Source of the DNA: an uncultured delta proteobacterium
Lineage (GTDB): Bacteria > Myxococcota > Myxococcia > Myxococcales > Anaeromyxobacteraceae
Assembly: GCA_963845515.1 (NCBI GenBank)
Contig: CAWJSR010000002.1
Location: 96,001 to 160,000 of the forward strand
Reading direction: 5' to 3'
DNA length: 64,000 nt
A program made the position numbers and the translations under genes. This document shows, piece after piece, positions 56,653 through 64,000 of this stretch. Positions within the stretch are counted from its first letter, which is position 1. Each line of letters begins with the position of its first letter. The notes beneath the pieces are model-generated. The model was not told the origin of the DNA and did not search any database. It saw only the letters and a program-made list of their open reading frames with translations.

Positions 56653-58032
56653 TCACATCGTGCCCCCCGCCGTCGGGGGCGGTGCAGCTGGACGGATGGA
56701 CGGAAACCGACGCTCCACTGCCCCGAAGGCGAGGGTCGCGGCGAGCATCAGGACCGCGAAGAACCAGAGCGAGGCAGCGTCGCCGAGCTCGACGAGCTCC
56801 AGGACGGAGAGCGTCAGGAGGTTTCCGAGGAACACCGTGAGGAACCAGATCGACATGATGGCGCTCCGCATGGAGCGCGGAGCCTGCGTGTAGCTGAACT
56901 CGAGGCCGGTCACCGAGACGAGCACCTCGCCGACGGTCAGGAGCAGGTACTGCGGGAACTGCCAGAGGACGCTGGGAGCGCGGCCGGCGTCGAGCACCAT
57001 CTGCAGCGCCGCGGCGGCGACGAACGAGAGGACCGTGGCCGCCATCCCGACCCGCATCTTGGCGAGGGCGGTGGGCAGACGGCCGCGCCGCTCGAGCAAG
57101 GGGAAGACGACGACCGTGAAGAGCGGCACGAGGGTCATGACCAGGACCGGGCTGAGCGCCTGGAGCTGGGCCGGGGCGAGGGTCCAGCCACCGACCTGGA
57201 GGTCCATCTTCTCGGCCTGGATCACCCAGCTCGACCCCATCTGGTCGAAGAGCGCCCAGAAGACGGTCACCGCGGCGAAGACGCCGAGGACACGCATCAC
57301 GGCCTTGGCCCCCTCGACGGCATCGAGCGGGTGCTTGTCGCGGGCCGCGTCGAGCCAGTGCTCGCCGGCCCGGTGCGTCCCGAGCCTGCGCACCGCGCGC
57401 GCCACCACGCGGACGAAGCCGTGGGGCTTCGGGCCGGACGGTGGCGAGGCGACGTAGTGGCGGCGCCCCGACCAGAAGACGAGCGTCGCGACGGCCATGG
57501 AGGCCGCCGGCAACGCGAACGCGACCGCCGGGCCGAAGCGCTGCAGGAGGAACGGGACCGCCAGGTTCGCGGCGGCGGCGCCGAGGTTGATGACCCAGTA
57601 GAACCAGCCGTAGACGCGCTCGAGGAGGCCGCGATCTCCGGCCGGGAGCTGCTCGCCGACGAACGCCGACGCGCAGGGGAGGATCCCACCGGCGCCGCAG
57701 GCGACGAGCCCGGCGCCGACCACGACGCCGGCCGGCGCCTGCCAGAGCGCCAGCGTCACGTAGCCTGCGATCGAGAAGAGGGAGAAGCGCAGGATGGTCG
57801 CGTACCTCCCCAGGAAGCGATCGGCCACCCAGCCCCCGACGAGCGGCGCCAGGTACGCCGCCATCATGATGGCGTGGAACCAGCTCTTCGCGTCGCGCTC
57901 GGGGAGGACGACGTGGGTGACGAGGTACGACGTCAGGATCGAGCGCATCCCGTAGAACGCGAAGCGCTCGAGGGCCTCGTTGGCGATGACGAACCTGATC
58001 TGGGGTGGGTAGCGCAGGGCGGCGTCGCTCAT
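56653..58032 (-). CDS. POT/PTR-family peptide MFS transporter
   Basis: EALERFAFYGM, GGWVADRFLG, FYWVINLG, GLEFSYTQAP. Confidence 0.9.
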   Translation of the reverse strand: MSDAALRYPPQIRFVIANEALERFAFYGMRSILTSYLVTHVVLPERDAKSWFHAIMMAAYLAPLVGGWVADRFLGRYATILRFSLFSIAGYVTLALWQAPAGVVVGAGLVACGAGGILPCASAFVGEQLPAGDRGLLERVYGWFYWVINLGAAAANLAVPFLLQRFGPAVAFALPAASMAVATLVFWSGRRHYVASPPSGPKPHGFVRVVARAVRRLGTHRAGEHWLDAARDKHPLDAVEGAKAVMRVLGVFAAVTVFWALFDQMGSSWVIQAEKMDLQVGGWTLAPAQLQALSPVLVMTLVPLFTVVVFPLLERRGRLPTALAKMRVGMAATVLSFVAAAALQMVLDAGRAPSVLWQFPQYLLLTVGEVLVSVTGLEFSYTQAPRSMRSAIMSIWFLTVFLGNLLTLSVLELVELGDAASLWFFAVLMLAATLAFGAVERRFPSIRPAAPPPTAGGTM

Positions 58033-58091
58033 CGGCGCGCAGTGTACAGCAGGGTGACGCGGCGAGAGGACGTCGGATAGAGTCGCGCACG

Positions 58092-58403
58092 ATGAAGAGC
58101 CTCTCACCTGACGAGGTGCGCGCCCTGAGCGACGCGGGCGGGGTCGACGTGATCGACGTCAGGGAGGCGCACGAGTGGATCGGCGGCCACCTCCCCGGCG
58201 CGCGGCTCGTCCCGCTCGGCACCTTCCTCAGGGATCCGCGCGCCAACGTCCACGGCGAGCGCGCGATCTTCGTCTGCGCCCATGGACTGCGCAGCGTGAC
58301 GGCGGGGGTGGCCGCCGAGACGGCGGGCGTCCCCGAGGTCTTCAGCCTCGACGGCGGCATCATGTGGTGGGTCGCGAGAGGGCACCCGCTCGTCTACGAG
58401 TAG
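58092..58403 (+). CDS. rhodanese-like domain protein
   Basis: IDVRE..EW..GHLPGA, CAHGLRS, LDGGI..W. Confidence 0.85.
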   Translation: MKSLSPDEVRALSDAGGVDVIDVREAHEWIGGHLPGARLVPLGTFLRDPRANVHGERAIFVCAHGLRSVTAGVAAETAGVPEVFSLDGGIMWWVARGHPLVYE

Positions 58404-58435
58404 CGGGCGGTGGCCGGGGGCGCTAAGAGTCTGCC

Positions 58436-59635
58436 GTGGCACGCGCCCTGTCGTTCTTCGTCTTCGTCTCCATAGCGCTGCTGGTCCTCGGCGGGATGCA
58501 CGCCTACGTCTGGGCGCGCCTCGTGCGCGACACCGGTCTCCCCGATCCCTGGCGCAGGATCGCGACGGTCCTCCTCGCCCTCGCCGCGCTCGCGATCCCC
58601 GCGGCGATCGCCGTCTCGCGCCTCTCCGGGACGCAGCTCGCCCGGGTGCTGCCGTGGATCGCGTTCGTCTGGCTCGGTGTCGTGTTCCTCCTCCTGTCGG
58701 CCCTGCTGGCAATCGATCTCGTGCGGCTGGTCGCGAGCGGGGCCATCCAGCTGCGGGAGTGGCTCGCGCACGCGGACGATCCGCCGCCGGATCCAGCGCG
58801 GCGCCAGTTCGTCGCCCGCGCGGTCGCGGGGACCACGCTGGCCGTGGTGGCGACCGCGGCAGGAGCCGCCGTGCGGACCGCCGGTGGGCCGGCCGAGATC
58901 GAGGAGGTGGCCGTGCGCCTCCCGCGGCTCCCACGGGCGCTGGACGGCCTCACGGTGGTCCAGATCTCCGACCTCCACGTCGGCCCGACCATCCGGCGTC
59001 GCGAGGTGGACCGGGTGGTCGAGCAGGCCAACGCGCTCCGGCCCGACGTCGTGGCGATCACCGGCGACCTCGTCGACGGCACCGTCCGGGAGCTCGGCGA
59101 GATCGTCGGCGGGCTGGCTCGCCTCCGTGCCCGCTACGGCGTCCACTTCGTCACCGGGAACCACGAGTACTACTCGGGCGTCGAAGGCTGGGAGCGCTTC
59201 CTCCCGGGGCTCGGGATCCGCGTGCTCCGTAACGAGCGCGTGGAGCTCGGCGACCACGGCGCCAGCCTGGACCTCGCCGGCGTCGACGACTGGCACGCCG
59301 GGCGCTACGGCAACGGCCACGGCTACGATCTCGAGCGGGCGCTCGCCGGCCGGGATCCGGACCGGGCGCTCGTGCTCCTCGCGCACCAGCCGCTGGGCGT
59401 CGCGCCGGGGATCCAGCAGGGCGTCGGGCTGCAGCTGTCGGGCCACACGCACGGCGGCCAGATCTTCCCGTTCAACTTCGCCGTGCGCGCGGCGTTCCGC
59501 TACATCCGCGGCCTCTACGAGGTCGACGGGGGCGCCGGGTACGTCTACGTGTCGAGGGGGACCGGCTACTGGGGGCCGCCGATGCGGCTGGGCTTCCCTC
59601 CGGAGATCACGCGGATCACGCTGGTCGCGGGCTGA
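58436..59635 (+). CDS. membrane-anchored metallophosphoesterase
   Basis: SDLH, TGDLVD, GNHE, LAHQP, SGHTHGGQ; N-terminal TM helices. Confidence 0.9.
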   Translation: MARALSFFVFVSIALLVLGGMHAYVWARLVRDTGLPDPWRRIATVLLALAALAIPAAIAVSRLSGTQLARVLPWIAFVWLGVVFLLLSALLAIDLVRLVASGAIQLREWLAHADDPPPDPARRQFVARAVAGTTLAVVATAAGAAVRTAGGPAEIEEVAVRLPRLPRALDGLTVVQISDLHVGPTIRRREVDRVVEQANALRPDVVAITGDLVDGTVRELGEIVGGLARLRARYGVHFVTGNHEYYSGVEGWERFLPGLGIRVLRNERVELGDHGASLDLAGVDDWHAGRYGNGHGYDLERALAGRDPDRALVLLAHQPLGVAPGIQQGVGLQLSGHTHGGQIFPFNFAVRAAFRYIRGLYEVDGGAGYVYVSRGTGYWGPPMRLGFPPEITRITLVAG

Positions 59636-59680
59636 CCCCTCGGACGCGGGCCCCGCTCACCTGGTACTCCCGGCGCCGGA

Positions 59681-60691
59681 CTAGCCGAGCAGGAGCTCGT
59701 CCAGCAGCTCCTGCTCCGTGATCAGCTCCTTGCGCATCATCAGGCGGATCAGCGCCGCCAGGAGCTGCGCCGGGCGCACCACGGTCGGCACCGCATCGTC
59801 GCCAGACGCCATCTTGCCGAGCGTGTCGAGGATGAGTGACTCCTCCGGCGTCAGCTCCCGCTGACCGGCCTGCGCGCCGGCCTCGCCCGGCTCCGACACG
59901 GCGGCCGGATTCCAGGTCGCCCCACCCTTGAGGGCGGGATCGTGCTCGAGGGGGATCGGCTGGAGCTCCTCGGTCGTCTCGTCTGGGATGAGCTCCCCCT
60001 CGATGGGGAGGCTCCCGGTCTGCTGATCCTCCAGCTGGAGGTCGGCGGGGGACCCCGGGCGCGGCACCGGCGTGGAGGCACCCCTCGGACTCGCCGCGCG
60101 CCGGGGGACGGCGGCCGCCGGAGCGGCGACCTTGGGCTGCTGGAAGAACCGATTCAGCTCGTCGCTGGAGGTGGCGCCGATCGGATCGTAGAGCGGCTCG
60201 ACCGCCGTGCCGTCGTCGGCGTCGAGCGCGATCGCCTCGCGCCCCGCCAGGGGGTCCGCGCCGTAGTGCGCTCGCACCGCCGCCGCGATGGCGTTCTCGC
60301 CGGCGATGCACACCTTGACGCGCTTCCCGGTCCTGAAGGCCAGCTCGTCGGTCAGCGCCAGGTTGGTGGGATCCGACATGGCGACGACGATTGAGCCGGT
60401 GTCGGCCGAGAGCGGGAAGATGTGGTTCCGGACCGCGTAATCGCGCGGGACGAGCGCCTTCGCCTGGCTGAAGGAGTACGGCTCGAGCCGGTCCAGCCGG
60501 GCGACGTCGAAGCCGAACTTGAGCGCGAGGGCGTCGACGATCGCCTCCTCGCTCGCGAGCTTCAGCTCCACGAGGATGCCGCCGAGCCGGCCGCCCCACT
60601 GGCGCTGGTGCCCCAGCGCCGAATGGAGCTGCGTCTCTCCGATGATGCCCGCCTCGACGAGCATCTCTCCCAGCCGCTTCTTGACCGCCAT
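59681..60691 (-). CDS. GspE/PilB N-terminal (MshEN-like) domain protein without ATPase
   Basis: RLGEMLVEAGII...L..AL..Q...GGRLG.ILV, VAMSDP. Confidence 0.8.
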   Translation of the reverse strand: MAVKKRLGEMLVEAGIIGETQLHSALGHQRQWGGRLGGILVELKLASEEAIVDALALKFGFDVARLDRLEPYSFSQAKALVPRDYAVRNHIFPLSADTGSIVVAMSDPTNLALTDELAFRTGKRVKVCIAGENAIAAAVRAHYGADPLAGREAIALDADDGTAVEPLYDPIGATSSDELNRFFQQPKVAAPAAAVPRRAASPRGASTPVPRPGSPADLQLEDQQTGSLPIEGELIPDETTEELQPIPLEHDPALKGGATWNPAAVSEPGEAGAQAGQRELTPEESLILDTLGKMASGDDAVPTVVRPAQLLAALIRLMMRKELITEQELLDELLLG

Positions 60692-60760
60692 TTCCCCGAT
60701 GTTACGCGGTGCGAGCGCGATCAGTCGAGCAGCCCCGGCATGACGCCGGTCACACCGCGC

Positions 60761-61210
60761 TCAGCGGCCGTCCGCGGCCGCCCGCGTCGCGATGGCGAGC
60801 CGCGTCAACCCGTGCTGGCGCGCCAGGTCCATCACCGCGACCACCCGCCCGTGCGGCACGACCTCGTCCGCCTGCACGAGCACGACCGTCCCAGCGCTCC
60901 GCGCGCGGGCGGCTGCGAAGGCCTCCCCCAGCGCCGCAGCGTCGAGTACGCGGCCGCCCAGCACGGTCCGCCCGTCGGCGAGGATCGCGACGGTGAGGTC
61001 CTGCGCCGGCGCCGGCGCCCCCTTCCCGGCCCGCGGCAGGCTCACCTCGAACCCCGCCCTGTCCGCCGCGTGGATCGCGGTCGTGGTCACCATGAAGATG
61101 ATCAGCAGGACCAGGAAGATGTCGGTCAGCGGCGTGATGTTTATGTCCGCGAAGACGTCGCCGTCCTCCGGCCCGTCTCCGGGTGCTCCGCTCGGTCCGC
61201 CGACCGCCAT
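60761..61210 (-). CDS. exbD: ExbD/TolR family protein
   Basis: DINITPLTDIFLVLLIIFMV, QAD..VPHG.VV.VMD. Confidence 0.85.
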   Translation of the reverse strand: MAVGGPSGAPGDGPEDGDVFADINITPLTDIFLVLLIIFMVTTTAIHAADRAGFEVSLPRAGKGAPAPAQDLTVAILADGRTVLGGRVLDAAALGEAFAAARARSAGTVVLVQADEVVPHGRVVAVMDLARQHGLTRLAIATRAAADGR

Positions 61211-61863
61211 CAGCGCTCCGACCCGGTCATGGTGTCGGTCGGCGCTTCGTCGAGGACCTCCAGGAACTCGTCGGCTGCATGCCGCGCGCGGTGGACGAGC
61301 CGCGCCACGTGGGTGTTGAGGAAGTTGTAGAGGACGACCGCCTCGATCGCGACGGCGATGCCGCCGGCGGTGGTGACGAGCGCCTCCGAGATCCCCGCGG
61401 CGACGACCCCGAACCCGCCCTGGCCCGTCTTCGCCATCTCGGCGAAGGCGGTCATGATCCCGAGCACCGTCCCGAAGAGCCCGACGAACGGCGCCGTGGC
61501 CCCGACGGTCGCGAGGATCCAGAGGGCCCGCCGCAGACGCCAGCCGAGCTCCTGCCGCGCGCGCTCCACCGCCGCCGCCGCGCGCCCCGGACGGCCGCGC
61601 GCCTGCGCGAGCCCAGCCAGGAGCACCTCGCCCATCGGCGATCGCGATCGCGCGCACTCGAGCCGCGCGCCCTCCAGATCGCCTCTCCGGAGGGCGGCCG
61701 CGACGGCGTCGCCAAGCTGCCGCGTCCGCTCCCCGAACCGCCAGAGCGCGACCGCACGCTCGACCGCGACCGCGAGCGCGACGACGGAGCACGCGATGAT
61801 GATCCACAGCGTGACGCTGACGTGGGTCGCCTGCATGGGCACCAGGTTCGTCTCCAAGTTCAC
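61210..61863 (-). CDS. exbB: MotA/TolQ/ExbB proton channel
   Basis: APFVGLFGTVLGIM, GISEALVTTA.GI.VAI. Confidence 0.88.
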   Translation of the reverse strand: MNLETNLVPMQATHVSVTLWIIIACSVVALAVAVERAVALWRFGERTRQLGDAVAAALRRGDLEGARLECARSRSPMGEVLLAGLAQARGRPGRAAAAVERARQELGWRLRRALWILATVGATAPFVGLFGTVLGIMTAFAEMAKTGQGGFGVVAAGISEALVTTAGGIAVAIEAVVLYNFLNTHVARLVHRARHAADEFLEVLDEAPTDTMTGSER

Positions 61864-61877
61864 CTGCTCCAGCGCGC

Positions 61878-62702
61878 TCAGCGCTCGTCGAGATCCACGA
61901 TCCTGGCGCCCGCCGGGGGCGCGAGGGCGAAGCTCCCCTCGGGGAGAACCGCGTTCACCTCGATCTCCTTCCAGGTGAGATCGATCCGGACCCCGGCCCC
62001 CCGGGCCGCGAGCCGCACCACGCCGGGGAACGGCCGCCCCGCGCGCTCGCGGAAGCGGTCGAAGGTCACGTCGTACAGGCCTGGCGCCGGGGGGCGGCCA
62101 GGCAGGTGGACGACCGTCGAGGCGTGCACGACCGCCCCGGCGCCCACGTCGAGCCGCTGCACCCGATCGGCGCCCTCCACCGTGAGCCGCAGGACACCGT
62201 CGCCGGGTTCGACCGCCGTGGGACGCCCCGCTGTGATCGGGGCTGCGCCGCAGAGCAGGAGGACCAGCTCCTCGGCCGGGATCGCGAGCGGGAGGAGCCT
62301 GGCGAGGTTCTCGGGCGACGCAGCGCCGCGGTAGAAGATCCCCTTGCGCAGGTCGAGCAGCGCGAACCGGCCGCCGTCCGCCACCAGGACCGCCGCCGGG
62401 TTTCCGAAGAAGTCCAGGGCGTCGAGCCGCACCCGGTCGGGCCGCTCCGCCGCCACGAACTGGGTCACTGTGCCGTCACCGTCGGGCGACCTGATCTTGA
62501 CCCGCACCTCGCCACTCACGCGCTCGACCCGGGCCTGAGCGCGCTCCACCGCGGCGAGCAACGCGACTGGATCGGGCGAGAGGTCCGGAGGCGGCGCGCG
62601 CCGCGCGCAGGCCGCGGCGACCGCAAGCGACAGGACCATCGCCCACCGCGCGAGCGAGCGGGTGGCGGGCGGGCGGAAGATCGCGGCACGCTGCGAAGCC
62701 AT
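61878..62702 (-). CDS. lipoprotein (LolA/LolB-like fold possible)
   Basis: AVAAAC lipobox, beta-rich body, C-terminal F.L.PP.G. Confidence 0.55.
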   Translation of the reverse strand: MASQRAAIFRPPATRSLARWAMVLSLAVAAACARRAPPPDLSPDPVALLAAVERAQARVERVSGEVRVKIRSPDGDGTVTQFVAAERPDRVRLDALDFFGNPAAVLVADGGRFALLDLRKGIFYRGAASPENLARLLPLAIPAEELVLLLCGAAPITAGRPTAVEPGDGVLRLTVEGADRVQRLDVGAGAVVHASTVVHLPGRPPAPGLYDVTFDRFRERAGRPFPGVVRLAARGAGVRIDLTWKEIEVNAVLPEGSFALAPPAGARIVDLDER

Positions 62703-62824
62703 GCCCGGCGTTTAGCCCGATGAACGCCCCTTGTCGAGGGCGCTCCCCCCATATCCAACTGGGCCCCCGTGTGGATCCGCGCGCCTGGAAGGCGCACCAT
62801 GCCCGTTACGAGGAGGGAGTGCAC

Positions 62825-63235
62825 ATGAGGCGACTCATCCCGAGGCTCCTGCTCGCGCTCGCGCTCGCGTGGGCGGCGGCGCTGCCCGTGCCCGCCGCGG
62901 CCGCCGGCGGCGCCGGCAAGGTCGCGAAGCTGTGGAACCCCGCCACCGTCGCCACGGTCGCCGGGACCGTCGAGACCGTCGAGCGCGTGGAGATGGGCGA
63001 GGACTGGCGCTGCGTCCGCCTGAGGCTACGCACCGCCGAGGGGGCCCTGCTGGTCCGCGTCGGACCAGACTGGTTCCTGCAGGAGCGCAGGATCGTCTTC
63101 GCCGCGGGCGAGAAGGTCGAGGTCAGGGGATCGCGGGTGACCTTCTCCGGCGAGCCGGCGATCGTGGCCGGCGAGATCGTCCGCGGCGCAGAGCGGATCC
63201 TCCTCCGGGACCCGGCCGGCAAGGCGGCCTGGTAG
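62825..63235 (+). CDS. exported OB-fold-like protein
   Basis: Signal peptide; TV.GTV..V, L.V.VGP.WFL, G.KVEV.GS, LRD..G...W. Confidence 0.6.
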   Translation: MRRLIPRLLLALALAWAAALPVPAAAAGGAGKVAKLWNPATVATVAGTVETVERVEMGEDWRCVRLRLRTAEGALLVRVGPDWFLQERRIVFAAGEKVEVRGSRVTFSGEPAIVAGEIVRGAERILLRDPAGKAAW

Positions 63236-64000
63236 TCAGAAGAGCCTGCTGCGCCGTGCCGCGAGCGCCACCGCCATCCTCCGGGCGGCGGCGATCTCGG
63301 CGGCGAGCGGCCGCTCGGCTGCCGGATCCCGCGCGTTCACCTCGGCGAGCAGCGCGTCGAAGCGGGCGCCGTCCTGGAGGAGCACGGCCAGCGTCCCGGC
63401 TTCGAGCACCGGCCGGAACGGATCCTCCGGCGCGAGCACGCGGGCGCGCTCGAAGTGCTCCGTCGCGCGCGCGACGCCGCCGCCCGCGGCCGTGGGCAGC
63501 GAGGCGTACAAGGACCCGAGCCAGCGGTGTGGACCGGCGCGATCGACGCGCTCGTCCAGCGCAGCGACGCGCTCCAGGAGCCCCAGCACGACGTCCTTGG
63601 TGACCATGACCGCCATGGGACCGGTCGCCTGCGCGACCCGCAGGCGGCCGACGGCCAGCCAGTACAGCGGCTCCGCCCCGGCGGGTCCGACCTCCATCGC
63701 TGCGGCGACCGGATCGTCACCACGGTCGACCGCGGTCGCGAAACCCGGGGCGCTCGCGCGCACGGCACGCTCCCCGGCGCGCGAGGCGGCGTCCCACGCG
63801 GACCGCGCCTCCGGGTCGGACTGTGCGAGCAGTGCCCGGAGCGCCTCGGCGCGGGCGAGCCTGAGCTCCGCCGCCTGATCGCCGGGCCGGAGGGAGGCAG
63901 CGCGCCGAAACGTGGCGAGCGCGGCCTCGAGCTTCGCCGGCTCGTCGCGCGACGCCCACGCGCGATCCCCTTCGGCGAGGACCTTTCCTAGGGCGTCGTC
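63236..64000 (-). CDS. TPR-like TatT-family protein (5' end beyond window)
   Basis: LYWLA...AGPHRWLG.LY..LP...GG....A..HFERA...P, ends SRLF. Confidence 0.55.
   Translation of the reverse strand, partial: DDALGKVLAEGDRAWASRDEPAKLEAALATFRRAASLRPGDQAAELRLARAEALRALLAQSDPEARSAWDAASRAGERAVRASAPGFATAVDRGDDPVAAAMEVGPAGAEPLYWLAVGRLRVAQATGPMAVMVTKDVVLGLLERVAALDERVDRAGPHRWLGSLYASLPTAAGGGVARATEHFERARVLAPEDPFRPVLEAGTLAVLLQDGARFDALLAEVNARDPAAERPLAAEIAAARRMAVALAARRSRLF

Overview
GC-rich window with myxobacterial (Anaeromyxobacter-like) gene content; the taxon is an inference. Housekeeping flanks (rmuC, prfA-prmC, a giant Ig-repeat lipoprotein, murA-hisG on the left; ABC-F ATPase, PhoB/PhoR-like pair, OM proteins, ExbBD on the right) enclose a ~31.7 kb accessory region that starts at tRNA-Gly(CCC) (14717-14792) and runs to ~46480. 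It carries an IS66, a truncated tandem tyrosine-recombinase module, a metG preceded by a Met-rich leader peptide, and a dense defence cluster: Abi/HEPN, PD-(D/E)xK nucleases, Gabija, type I RM, and a protease-small ORF-PIN module. The most notable locus is a minus-strand operon TM-TIR / SIR2-SLOG / TIR with a Pro-rich tail ending in Gly / E2-E1 fusion / JAB / nuclease. It looks like type I Thoeris joined to Cap2/Cap3-like ubiquitin-style conjugation machinery with no CD-NTase, so the TIR is the predicted conjugated substrate. The E2-E1 gene is interrupted by a clean IS3 insertion (3-bp TSD) whose removal restores the frame. Many single-base frameshifts across the window look like sequencing or consensus errors, so frameshifted genes are not called pseudogenes. 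All family calls come from motif recognition by eye, not database searches.
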